DNA of 56,818 nt, taken from positions 1 through 56,818 of the IMG/VR virus record IMGVR_UViG_3300017530_000090, one strand, 5' to 3'. Shown piece by piece: positions 43,864 to 53,729 of the stretch. The translations under genes were made by a program, and so were the position numbers. The notes below the pieces were generated by a model, which searched no databases, was not told the origin of the DNA, and saw nothing but the letters and a program-made list of their open reading frames with translations. How positions within the stretch are numbered: position 1 is the stretch's first letter; each line of letters starts with the position of its first letter. The DNA comes from a virus (lineage: Duplodnaviria; Caudoviricetes).

Positions 43864-45339
43864 CTAGCTGGGACGAATATCGCCTTCTGTAATCTTAGCC
43901 ATCAGCGCCTCTGGTGTCAACTCCTGCCAAGCGAACCCCGCGTCCTTTACTGCCTGGAGTCGCTGACGGCTGTGGCCAAGCAAATGACGTGGTGAGTGAT
44001 CATCCCATACATCAAAAACAGCAAGGTAATCCTTTCCTTCGACGACCCGCAGTCCCCGGCCAATTCGTTGTAACACTTTATGACGAGCTTTGCCCCCGCC
44101 AGCCAGGATTAGTGCACCGATTTCTGGTACATTGATTCCTTCATCGAAGATGGTGGTAGCGATAACACAACCAATACGGCCATCACGCAGTCCGTCCATC
44201 ACCGCGAGCCGATTCTCAGTCGAGTCATGACCTGAGATGAATTCAGCACGTACCCCAATCTCCCGGAGCGCGCGCTTGATGTTGCGGCCATGTTCAATCC
44301 ATGCCACCAAAATCAAAGTTGGCACACCCCACCTCTCGGATGTGCCCTGTGCGATCTCCGCAATCAGACGATTGCGTTTCACGTGATCGACAAGGTCTTC
44401 TCGGTAAGAAGTAATGTATTGCGCCTCTTCATCCAAAACAACAGGGAAGTTTGGCTTCACGATAGTCACAAACGGCTCCGTGAGCCATCCCTCTTCGATG
44501 GCCTCCTTAGCCTGGAAGGAAAAACACACTTCCCCGGTCGCCCCAACGAGCTTCAACTCGGTGATAGGGTCGGACTTGAATGGCGTTGCCGACAGGCCCA
44601 TCCGCCAGTAGGCGGGACAGGCGTTGATCACGGGCCACCATGTCTTGGCGGGCGCATGGTGTGCTTCATCCAATGCCAAGGCGTCAAATGACGCTAACCA
44701 TTCGCGGGTCTCCTCTGGCTTCTCCTCTAGCCGTCGCGCAAGGGTCTGATACAAGGCCGCCGTGATTAAGCCAGGTGAATCAATACCATCTCCCACAATC
44801 CCGTACAAGGTCTCTGTGTCTGCGTGAGGGAAGCTGAGGCTATCACGGAATCGGCGGATGGTTTGATGGGCTAAATCGCGGGAGGAGACAATAATCAGAG
44901 TACGGCAAGCTGTCTGTTGAATCCATGCTCCAAGTACCTCAGTCTTCCCGCTGCCCGTAGCTGCTTCCAACACACCCCGCTTTGCTTTAATGGCCGCACG
45001 CAAAGCATCTGCTTGATACGGGCGAAGTACGATGTCGCTGGTTCCGCCCGCTAGCTCCGGCTCAGCCAGGGGCGGCTGCGCACGATCCTCAATATCGACG
45101 TCGACGCCTAGCTCCCGGAGCCGATGGGCGATACGCCCAAGCAGCCCGCCAGGGAAGGTGCCAGCGCGACGCTGGTAGAGGCTAATCCATCCATCCCATG
45201 CCCCGGACTTAAACTTGGGCATGAACGCATAGCCATCCGGCCGGAACCGAAGGAGCCGGTACGCGGCGTCCTCGACACCAGGGTCGTCGTCGGTATTGTG
45301 GAGCTTGGCCCACACCTCGTTGTGGACGAGACGGGCCAC
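43864..45339 (-). CDS. superfamily 2 helicase (UvsW-like)
   Basis: LRPYQ, ATGSGKT, DEAH, SATP, EGIN, QRIGRGLR. Confidence 0.95.
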   Translation of the reverse strand: MARLVHNEVWAKLHNTDDDPGVEDAAYRLLRFRPDGYAFMPKFKSGAWDGWISLYQRRAGTFPGGLLGRIAHRLRELGVDVDIEDRAQPPLAEPELAGGTSDIVLRPYQADALRAAIKAKRGVLEAATGSGKTEVLGAWIQQTACRTLIIVSSRDLAHQTIRRFRDSLSFPHADTETLYGIVGDGIDSPGLITAALYQTLARRLEEKPEETREWLASFDALALDEAHHAPAKTWWPVINACPAYWRMGLSATPFKSDPITELKLVGATGEVCFSFQAKEAIEEGWLTEPFVTIVKPNFPVVLDEEAQYITSYREDLVDHVKRNRLIAEIAQGTSERWGVPTLILVAWIEHGRNIKRALREIGVRAEFISGHDSTENRLAVMDGLRDGRIGCVIATTIFDEGINVPEIGALILAGGGKARHKVLQRIGRGLRVVEGKDYLAVFDVWDDHSPRHLLGHSRQRLQAVKDAGFAWQELTPEALMAKITEGDIRPS

Positions 45340-45434
45340 GGCCCCTGGTTGGGGTAGGATGGGCTTGCGGCTTGCGGCGCGTTTCTTGGCACGCCATCGT
45401 TTGACGCGCCAATAACTGCTCTTGCGGGCCAGGG

Positions 45435-45770
45435 CTAGGACTCCTTGGACTCCGGCTTCTCGTCGCCCTTCTTGGATTTCGGCTTCTTCAGCGTCTCCAC
45501 TTCCGCCTTCAGCGCCTCGTTCTCCCGCTGGAGAAACTGATTCTGCTGGATGAGTTGGTCTCGTTCACCCTCGGCGATGGTCGCTCGCACCTCGGCATCG
45601 GCGAAGCGCTGCTTGAGAACAGCAAGCTCGACGCGGGCGCGTTGCTGCTGCGCCATGATCTGCGCTTGCTCCTCCGGCGTCGCCGGACGGTTTGGTGGGC
45701 CTCCCTCCGGTGGTGGCGCAACTACAGTGGCCGTAGTACCCGGTTTCTTTCCCCTTGGCTTTGGAACCAT
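45435..45770 (-). CDS. coiled-coil hypothetical protein
   Basis: GGAGG RBS, heptad pattern. Confidence 0.75.
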   Translation of the reverse strand: MVPKPRGKKPGTTATVVAPPPEGGPPNRPATPEEQAQIMAQQQRARVELAVLKQRFADAEVRATIAEGERDQLIQQNQFLQRENEALKAEVETLKKPKSKKGDEKPESKES

Positions 45771-45806
45771 ATCGGTCTCCTCCCTCCCATTGATACTCTG
45801 TCAGTC

Positions 45807-45836
45807 AGTCTATCACGGTCGTTCGGCTTATTGCAA
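45807..45836 (-). promoter_or_regulatory. sigma70-type promoter heading the replication block
   Basis: TTGCAA-N18-TAGACT with extended TG. Confidence 0.55.
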
Positions 45837-47591
45837 TAGGCCATACGCTTGAAGGTCATCGATCACAGCATTAACCAGCCGCTTGAGGTCATCCACCGTC
45901 ACGCGGAGCGCGGCGAATTCGGCGATAGCTTGATCGCGGTTCGCGGCCGTGTCCCAGCCTCCCGCAGCGGTGCCGCCACCACCAGCAGGCATATCAGCGG
46001 AACCATCGGCGGCGTGCGTCTTGTCCGCCGTCGCAAACGTCTGGGTGTAGGCGCTGGCGCGGGCAACGGGTGCCACACCGAAGAATCCGATGCTCGCTCC
46101 ATTATGGTCGAGATCGCCACCAATCAGCACATGACCTTGATCGAGAACGCGGAAGAGAAGCGTGTTCGCCCCGTCCGAATCAATATGCGATTCGATCATC
46201 GAGCGGCCGACGGGGTTCTGCGTGGCTGCAACGTTGAGCACTGGAACGGAAGCGTTCGTAAGCGCACCATCGATTAGAACACGAGCGGTGATACCAAGTT
46301 GCAAGCTAGCGGCTCGAAATAGCGAAACATCCGGGCCGAGGAGAATCCCGCCTGCCGCCCCTGCTGTGTTGATTCGCAATTGCCCTGCCGGACTAAGGCT
46401 CATCTTCTCTGACGCCGTGATGCTGCCAACCGAGGTAGTGAAGAAAACCAACTCCCCAGGAGTATCGCCCACCGCAGGAACGCCCTCTACCTTAGCGCTG
46501 AGCTTGGCCACAACGCTACTGTTGAATACTCCGTCATCGACAGACCACGCGAGGGAGCCCGCGTCGTCGCCATCCTGCACAATTGTCTGTGAACCGATAG
46601 CAGGGTCACGACTCTTCAAGAAAACCATCTGCGGCCCTGCTGCATCATTCGACCATCGGCCGAACCCCATTCGCGTGTCCGCAGCCCCAGTACCAAGGAA
46701 GGACAGAGAAACGTCGCCTCCGAAACTTACGCCTACATCGTTGCCAATCACCAAGCGACGCAGATCGGGAAGAACCACGTTGGCGTTGATGTACATCTCA
46801 CCTGGGTTGGAACGGTAGAAGGGAACATCGCCACCCATACGGATTCCCGCAAATGACCCCTGACCAGGAAGTTGTAAACTGCCCTCAGCGGTCATCATGT
46901 TCACAATAGCCGCATCCGAAGTGGAGAACCGAAGGTCGTTTTGATAGGCGTCGATGCCCCAGTGTTCGAAGGTGGCGTCGTGATCTGCCGCAAGGTGCAG
47001 CCGCATCGCGCCGCCCAAGTCCGAACCGGCACCATCACCGTATAGAATGATCGTGCCTGGCGCCGTATCGTCCGTACCGACGAGGAGTGGGTTGCCCAGG
47101 ACGACGCCACCGCCGAATCCGCCTTGCACGAGATAGGAACGCCGGTCGTTGACCGAGGTGATGTCCCCGGCTGCCGTCACAACCGTCGCCAGCGGTACAC
47201 TATCGGACGGGAAGCTCGTGGTGTTGGATGCCACCGCGCCCGCATTGTTCACGAACACGTAATTGGTCGTGGCGTCCGTCATCAGCAACGTACCCGCGAC
47301 GATGCTGAAGAAGCTGCCGCCAATCCAAATCTGGCCCTGTTCATAGCTGATGACGAGGCTGACACCTTCAGCCGCCGTCACACGGAACGATCGCGTGTGC
47401 TTAGAGCCATACAGCACATGATCGGCCACCGCCATCGGCGGGATTTCGCCTGCGCCCGGATCATCACCTGGAATCAGCACGATCTCACGGCCGTCCGTGA
47501 TCCGAGTCGTGATCGCCTTCAGGCGCTCAATCTCGGCCAGAGCCAGCTTTAGCTCATTCTCCGGTCGTGCAGTACGGTATCGTCGTACCAT
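45828..47591 (-). CDS. tail fibre/spike-like structural protein
   Basis: Gly-rich beta-structure repeats; C-terminal IGFFG...VNAVIDDLQAYGLL seen in tail proteins; position in the tail module. Confidence 0.75.
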   Translation of the reverse strand: MVRRYRTARPENELKLALAEIERLKAITTRITDGREIVLIPGDDPGAGEIPPMAVADHVLYGSKHTRSFRVTAAEGVSLVISYEQGQIWIGGSFFSIVAGTLLMTDATTNYVFVNNAGAVASNTTSFPSDSVPLATVVTAAGDITSVNDRRSYLVQGGFGGGVVLGNPLLVGTDDTAPGTIILYGDGAGSDLGGAMRLHLAADHDATFEHWGIDAYQNDLRFSTSDAAIVNMMTAEGSLQLPGQGSFAGIRMGGDVPFYRSNPGEMYINANVVLPDLRRLVIGNDVGVSFGGDVSLSFLGTGAADTRMGFGRWSNDAAGPQMVFLKSRDPAIGSQTIVQDGDDAGSLAWSVDDGVFNSSVVAKLSAKVEGVPAVGDTPGELVFFTTSVGSITASEKMSLSPAGQLRINTAGAAGGILLGPDVSLFRAASLQLGITARVLIDGALTNASVPVLNVAATQNPVGRSMIESHIDSDGANTLLFRVLDQGHVLIGGDLDHNGASIGFFGVAPVARASAYTQTFATADKTHAADGSADMPAGGGGTAAGGWDTAANRDQAIAEFAALRVTVDDLKRLVNAVIDDLQAYGLLQ

Positions 47592-48028
47592 TATGGGCCT
47601 ACCTTCAATGAGATCAGTGATTCCTTCCGGCGTCGTGTGTTATGGCACGTTCGGCAACGACGGCTGCCGTTCCGTTCGACAATCAGATTGCCATTAGAGT
47701 AGGAGTGCCCGGCCGGGCATTCCGTCTTGCGTGCGTACCGGGCCGCCAGGCCGTTGCCGCGAAGGGTATTAACCCGGCCCGTAACTGCTTCCATATGATC
47801 CGTATTCTGACAGGCCCGGTTGCGACAGAGATGATCGATGGTGAGGCCATCAGGGATGGGGCCGACCAGCAACTCATAGACCAGTCGGTGAGCATATTGC
47901 ACTCGGCGTGGGCTGCTAAGCCGAAATACACCATATCCATCAGCATTCAGGGCAGCCACCCACAACCAGCAGCCGTTGGGCTGCGGAGCAATCTTAGCCA
48001 GGAGTCGCATAGCGGTTTGATCGTCCAT
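47591..48028 (-). CDS. HNH endonuclease, intact
   Basis: GCWLW..GYG..AHR..IDHLCRNRACQNTDHME..N..CPAGH..CRTC; TAGCAT 6 nt before ATG. Confidence 0.93.
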   Translation of the reverse strand: MDDQTAMRLLAKIAPQPNGCWLWVAALNADGYGVFRLSSPRRVQYAHRLVYELLVGPIPDGLTIDHLCRNRACQNTDHMEAVTGRVNTLRGNGLAARYARKTECPAGHSYSNGNLIVERNGSRRCRTCHNTRRRKESLISLKVGP

Positions 48029-48032
48029 CTTA

Positions 48033-51000
48033 CTATGCTACTACCTCAAGTCCTTCCTGCAAGATGAAGCGCGGATCGGATGGGATCGAATCGTTCGACC
48101 ACACACCCAGCACCGTCGGGTTCTTCATCCGCAGCACGTTGTTGGCCGTGTCGGCACGGCCGATGTACAGCGCTGATTCGCCATTATCGTAAGTGACAGC
48201 CATGATGGACGCGCGGTCATCGCCGGTGAAGGGTGCCCAAGTGTCACCGTTGTCCGTCGATACCACCACGCGACCGTCCGTGGCGTCAGCGGCCCCGCCG
48301 CCGTTGCCCGCCATGTACAGGTTGCCGCCACCAGCACGCACCGAGTCCACCCAGCCGTTAGTGACGGCCGTCGTGACGACCGTGTATTTCTGCGTCCAGT
48401 TGGCTCCAGCATCCTCACTCGTAAAGATGAACTTGGCCAGACCGTTACTCTGCGACAGGCCAATGATCCATCGGCTCGCGCCACCCGCCTCCAGATTGAT
48501 GAAGTTACCAATTGCTGCCGTGCCGTCGCGGAAGCTCATGCTGCCAGAGCGGAACGTCCAGGTCGTGCCACCATCCGGCGAGTAGGCCGAGCGCATCGTA
48601 TCGGTTTCGAGACCACCGACGGCCATGATTCGGTTGGCGTTGTTCGGATCAACGCGAATCTGCGTGTACTTCGTCATAACGGCTCCAGCACCGGCCATCG
48701 TGTCCGTGCCCTGGAGCACCCACGTGATGCCATTGTCAATGCTGCGATAAATGGAACGGGGCTGGAAGCTCGCTGGTGCGCCACGGTCGTCGGCGGTGGC
48801 CCACAGGTATCCGTTGCGCCCGCGCGCCAGCGAACCAGCATTCGACAGCACCATCGCCCAGGTGAGTCCTCGATCAGTGCTGCGCTCCAGCAGGCCGCCA
48901 TAACCGCTCGCGGCGCTACCCAGGTCGCCAATCTTGAGCCGGAACATCGTATCACCCATACCGTCGAAGTGCCAGATCGGGAAGCGGTTTTCGGCGGCAA
49001 TCGTGTCCGGCATGTCCAGATAGTTGCGCCAGCCGTCACTGATGGCCTCGCGCAACCAGATGTCCGTATCGCCGCCCGCCACCGCTAGTTGGGCGATAGC
49101 CCATAGCTCCGTCGGCGCACCAGTCGCGGCGGCACGGCGCAGGATCGCCATGCCCTGCGTCGAGACTAAGCAGTCGAGCGTGTAGCCCATCGCAGCCTCT
49201 AGCCCATCATCGATGCCCAGATACCAGGTCGCACCTGGTTCTGGCGGTTGAGCATACGGGAATCGGTCAACAGCCGGAGTCGCACGGCGGCCGACGATTA
49301 GCATATCCGTTAGCGAGTCCCACACACCCGCCCCCACCGCTGAGTGCGATGCAATCGTTTCCCAAGTCTGGCCATTATTGAGTGAGCGCAACTGTGGGTA
49401 GCTATTTACCGCATCGATCTGAGTCCCTAGCACGTACAGGATATTGCCCGCTCGGAAGCGCTCGGCGAAGCCGTAGGTCGCAACGCTGGTCGTCACGTCG
49501 TACCGCAACGTCCACGCAGCCGGAACGCCATTCTGGTCATTCGTGTAGATGCGCAGGCGATTCACACCCGATGGCTGGAGACCCATGATCCATCGCTCGG
49601 CGTCCCCTGCCATGATGAATGGCGTGCAGTAGCGCGGCGCAATACCTTCGAACGTGAGACCAGAAGCGGCGCGTGTCCAATTGGAGGCTAGGCCATCCGT
49701 TGCGTCATTCGAGAACAACGTGGTGATGTTCGTCGCCGGGTAGTGTCCGACAGCCATCACGCGGTTCGAATCATTCGGGTCGACCGCGATGTCCTTGTAC
49801 ATCGCGTGCGTGCCGCCCGTCGTGTCCGTATCCTCGAACACCTTCTCCCAGGTGAGACCCTCATCGGTGCTGCGGAAGATTTCGTGCGCGAAGAAGGCAC
49901 CAGCGGCATGGCCGCCAGCGTGAGACTCACCCGTGGCCCAGAGCGTGCCGTCGGGTGCGTGGGCCATGGCGTAGGTGTACAACATTGGCGCAACGCCCAA
50001 GCTCACCCAAGTCGTGCCCTGATCGGGCGTGCGATACAGCACCTCGGAGTGATCCATCGTTACCGCCGTATATCGAACGTGGAAGAGTACCTGGTCACTG
50101 ATCTGTGGGAAATGCCACAGACGATGCGGCCGGTTGATACGGGCGGTCGGCACCGGGCCGTGATCCTCCCAGCCACCGCTTTGCGTGCGGACGGCCAGGG
50201 CATTCTCCGACGTGGGGTCAGCCGCAGCCGACATGACGATGGCTGCCAGGTTGAACTGTCGCGGACGACGATATTCAATCGCAATGTCCCAGCCGATGGC
50301 ACCGGCGGGCCAAGTCGTGTTGATTGGTGCACCTACCGGCCGGAAGAAGGCCCAGGTCGCGCCATAGTCGATGCTCTTGGCGATACCCTCATCCGTGGCC
50401 GCGAGGTAGATGTCCTTCCAGGCCGCAACGTTCACCAGATCGTGCGGGCGGTTGGCGACGGTGCCTGGTAGCACGTCCACAATCGGCCACCAGCTTCGGC
50501 CGTCGTTTGCCACGTAGAACGTCCTGTTATCAAGCAGTGCACCGAATTGCTCAACCTGGTTATTATTCCCTGCAACGGCCACGCCATCCACGCCCGGCGC
50601 GACGAACGCGCCGCCGCCGACCAGCCAATTAGCCGCGCCGACAGGGAAGAAATCCGTGCTGTAGATGTAGGGATTGGTCGGGACGCCTGCGCCAGTGCGC
50701 TCGAAGATGAGGCCCAGGTCTCCCGACGTGCCGTGAGAGACAACGAAATCGACGACCGTCTCGTTGGCGTTGCGCACGGCGGCACCAACACCATCGCCCT
50801 GCGAAATCTCCGACCACCAGATCGCGCCGCCATCCGGCAGATGGTTGGTAGCGAACCAGGACTCGACAACATCGCCCGTGCCGCCGAAAATCCAGATGCG
50901 GTTGACACTCGGATCAGAGACCTCGATAGCGTTGATCGGTCGAGGGTCAGTCGGGCCCGTATTGACGTGTCCGGCTCCATGTCGTGGCCAGTTGGCGCTA

Positions 51001-53360
51001 TTGTTGAAGTCCGTGTATACGCCCCAGGTGTCACCATAATCGAGCGACAGCAGCACGCGGTCGGTCGTCGTGGCCCAAACGATGCCGCGCCGATGCGTGT
51101 CGGCCTTGATCGCCGTGATTGCGTCGCCGTCGGCGTCCGTGTACTCCAGAACCAGGGTCGCCATCCCGTCAATCGAGCGGTAGATGCGCCCCGTGGTCGT
51201 GCCGAACAGTACGACCATATTCGCCTGCGGCTCGGCCGGGTTGTACGTGATCGCCGTCTCGCGGGCTTCGCCGCTAGGCGTAGCGATGTCCTGCCAGGAT
51301 CGACCTCCGTCGAACGTCGCCATGCAGGTATTGCCTGCGGCACAGGACACGACTGGCGCGTAGACGTCTTCGTTATCGGTCGTCACGTCAATGCTGTACG
51401 TGACGCTGGCCGTGTTGCCGTCATTGTCCGTGACCGTAAGCGTCATGTCGATGGCGGCGTCGACCGCAGGATCGTAGGCGAACGTGACACTCGTGAGTTC
51501 GCCCGTCACATCGTTCGCGCCTCCGGCATAGTTATCCACCCAGCGATAATTGGTGATCCAACCGTCCAAGTCCTGCGAGGTACTGGTGAACGTCACAATC
51601 GCCATAAGCGCGGTGCCGATAAGCTCGCGCTCGATGACCCAAGTGAAGTCCGGCTGCGGCAGCAGCAGGCCGGTCGTCCCCGACTGGTCGCCTCCGAACA
51701 GGCTCAACTGCGTGACCGCGTTGCCGGGCGTGAGTGAGTGCCGGTATCCGTGCACCCACCAATTGCCGGTTCGCCCCGTCACGGCCGGGTCGTCGATGGT
51801 GATGGTCGTGCCCAACTGCATTCGCGGATCGAACGGCACCTCGACCTCCATAGTCTCAAGTACGCGGTGGTACTTGTCGATCAGTCGGAGCGCGACATCG
51901 GCCGCTACCTGCGCCGTGTCGATGAGATCATTCTGGTAGGTCATGGCGAACAATTCAGGATCGCCTGCTACTAGCTCATCACTGTCGATTGCGACGGTCT
52001 GCTTGACTTGCGCCTGGAAATCACCGTCGTCATTCGTGTCAGGATACACCGCGCCGCGTACAGTGAACTTCTTCTTGATCTGATCTTCGTCCTCGTCATC
52101 CCCGATGTCCAGCATGCGCAAGGCAGCGAACGAATTGGTGATGATCTCGAATGGATGATCGGCCCCGTCACCGCCTGCGTCCTCGGCGAGCCAGGATACA
52201 CTGCCGTAGACACCCGCGACGCCATCAGCGTAGCCCGGCGCGGCTTGTTCGATACCAATATCATAATGGTTGACAGCATCCAGCGCGCCCGTTCGGTCGA
52301 TGACCAAGTGATAGGTGTCGCCACTAACTAGCTGAGCGGCAGCCGGGATCGGGATCGTCACTTTCGTGTAGGTTACGAGATCGAGAAGTTGGCCGTTGAA
52401 GTTAAATTGGCCCTCGGCCATCACGGCATCGGCCGCGGTGCTGGGCAAACCGCTGCCATCATCTCGATAGATGAAGAGGCGCAGACCATCCAGGGGAGCA
52501 CCAATCCTGCGCGCCCAAATGGATACCGACACGGGGCCACCGGACGCACCAGCAACGAAGCCCTGTGACCGACGAGTATTGGCCGCAACATTACCCAGAA
52601 GGGATACCGCATCAATGTTGGCATCGCTGTAGGTCAGCGTGCTTTGCGTCGTCGATTCGGCCCCAATCGTGTCCGTCGTGTACGTGCGGAAGCCAGTCGG
52701 AGCCGGAACCTCAAGCAACTCACGGATTCGAAGCGTGCCGGACGGAAGCTCATACACACGATTCCCGTACACGTCTGCGATTTTGCGAATCATATCCGAG
52801 GGCGGAGCCATGTCCAGCACCGCATCGACTTTCGTCCCCATAATCCACGGGTTGCCATCGCTCATCAAGATGGGATCGATGTCATAGGATTCGCCGTTTG
52901 CGGGCGTGAAGTCGACACCGTAATCATCCAAGATGTCGATGATAGCTGCCCGTGCGTCCGTTGCTACGAAGACCTTCGCCGGTTCCACGCGGTACGGGCG
53001 CGTGAGCTTGCCCGTGCGTCCCACACAGTCAATAGTGTCGGCCCCAACTCCGTGTCGGCGCTTCTTGATACGGCCCGTGAAGATGCGAGTCAATTCGCCG
53101 TCGTAGCCGCCATCGATCAACACATCCATCCCGCGCTCGACCCAGTTAGGGATACCGGACTTCTTGTCGGGCTGCTGTTCCTTGGCGAAGGTCATGGCGG
53201 CCGTCGGCGGAACCTGTTCGATGTCGAAGTCGACATCGACACCTTTGATGTTACCCGATGCATCCAAGCCAACAGGGATGACCTGGCCACCAATCGTGAC
53301 CACAAGTTGAGCCTTGCGGTCGGTGGCAAAGATGCGTTCTTCGAGAGCCGAGAGGGTCAT
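48033..53360 (-). CDS. large tail/baseplate protein: hub-like N-terminus, PKD-like domain, multiple Asp-box beta-propellers
   Basis: About 12 S/TxDxGxTW motifs; LTVTDNDG PKD-like motif; follows the tape measure and distal tail genes. Confidence 0.85.
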   Translation of the reverse strand: MTLSALEERIFATDRKAQLVVTIGGQVIPVGLDASGNIKGVDVDFDIEQVPPTAAMTFAKEQQPDKKSGIPNWVERGMDVLIDGGYDGELTRIFTGRIKKRRHGVGADTIDCVGRTGKLTRPYRVEPAKVFVATDARAAIIDILDDYGVDFTPANGESYDIDPILMSDGNPWIMGTKVDAVLDMAPPSDMIRKIADVYGNRVYELPSGTLRIRELLEVPAPTGFRTYTTDTIGAESTTQSTLTYSDANIDAVSLLGNVAANTRRSQGFVAGASGGPVSVSIWARRIGAPLDGLRLFIYRDDGSGLPSTAADAVMAEGQFNFNGQLLDLVTYTKVTIPIPAAAQLVSGDTYHLVIDRTGALDAVNHYDIGIEQAAPGYADGVAGVYGSVSWLAEDAGGDGADHPFEIITNSFAALRMLDIGDDEDEDQIKKKFTVRGAVYPDTNDDGDFQAQVKQTVAIDSDELVAGDPELFAMTYQNDLIDTAQVAADVALRLIDKYHRVLETMEVEVPFDPRMQLGTTITIDDPAVTGRTGNWWVHGYRHSLTPGNAVTQLSLFGGDQSGTTGLLLPQPDFTWVIERELIGTALMAIVTFTSTSQDLDGWITNYRWVDNYAGGANDVTGELTSVTFAYDPAVDAAIDMTLTVTDNDGNTASVTYSIDVTTDNEDVYAPVVSCAAGNTCMATFDGGRSWQDIATPSGEARETAITYNPAEPQANMVVLFGTTTGRIYRSIDGMATLVLEYTDADGDAITAIKADTHRRGIVWATTTDRVLLSLDYGDTWGVYTDFNNSANWPRHGAGHVNTGPTDPRPINAIEVSDPSVNRIWIFGGTGDVVESWFATNHLPDGGAIWWSEISQGDGVGAAVRNANETVVDFVVSHGTSGDLGLIFERTGAGVPTNPYIYSTDFFPVGAANWLVGGGAFVAPGVDGVAVAGNNNQVEQFGALLDNRTFYVANDGRSWWPIVDVLPGTVANRPHDLVNVAAWKDIYLAATDEGIAKSIDYGATWAFFRPVGAPINTTWPAGAIGWDIAIEYRRPRQFNLAAIVMSAAADPTSENALAVRTQSGGWEDHGPVPTARINRPHRLWHFPQISDQVLFHVRYTAVTMDHSEVLYRTPDQGTTWVSLGVAPMLYTYAMAHAPDGTLWATGESHAGGHAAGAFFAHEIFRSTDEGLTWEKVFEDTDTTGGTHAMYKDIAVDPNDSNRVMAVGHYPATNITTLFSNDATDGLASNWTRAASGLTFEGIAPRYCTPFIMAGDAERWIMGLQPSGVNRLRIYTNDQNGVPAAWTLRYDVTTSVATYGFAERFRAGNILYVLGTQIDAVNSYPQLRSLNNGQTWETIASHSAVGAGVWDSLTDMLIVGRRATPAVDRFPYAQPPEPGATWYLGIDDGLEAAMGYTLDCLVSTQGMAILRRAAATGAPTELWAIAQLAVAGGDTDIWLREAISDGWRNYLDMPDTIAAENRFPIWHFDGMGDTMFRLKIGDLGSAASGYGGLLERSTDRGLTWAMVLSNAGSLARGRNGYLWATADDRGAPASFQPRSIYRSIDNGITWVLQGTDTMAGAGAVMTKYTQIRVDPNNANRIMAVGGLETDTMRSAYSPDGGTTWTFRSGSMSFRDGTAAIGNFINLEAGGASRWIIGLSQSNGLAKFIFTSEDAGANWTQKYTVVTTAVTNGWVDSVRAGGGNLYMAGNGGGAADATDGRVVVSTDNGDTWAPFTGDDRASIMAVTYDNGESALYIGRADTANNVLRMKNPTVLGVWSNDSIPSDPRFILQEGLEVVA

Positions 53361-53363
53361 CGC

Positions 53364-53723
53364 TTATGCCCTTTCCATGAATTCGATGGTGTATCGATAG
53401 CGGCCAGTCGGAATGATCGTCTGGAAGTCGGTGCGGACAATGCGTGCGGTAATGCTTCGCCCCTCCGAGTCAGTGAGCGCGGCAACAGTCCCAGCGCGAT
53501 GGAACGTGCGCATCTGATCGCGGGTCATCTGGCCGCAGACGCCGCTAATGGGACGGCGGCGGCTCCTGAAGCCCCAGGAAGTCAGGATCGTCACGTTCGC
53601 GTTCAGCGGGTCGTGCTCAACCAGCTTCTCCTCATCGTTCCACTCGTCACTCTGGCCGCGGCCAGGCGAGTCTGCGGTCGGGAACGTATACGTGGAAAAA
53701 ACCCAGTTTTGAGCCATCGTCAA
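53364..53723 (-). CDS. putative distal tail protein
   Basis: Small gene between the tape measure and the tail hub (synteny inference). Confidence 0.6.
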   Translation of the reverse strand: MTMAQNWVFSTYTFPTADSPGRGQSDEWNDEEKLVEHDPLNANVTILTSWGFRSRRRPISGVCGQMTRDQMRTFHRAGTVAALTDSEGRSITARIVRTDFQTIIPTGRYRYTIEFMERA

Positions 53724-53729
53724 TTACCT

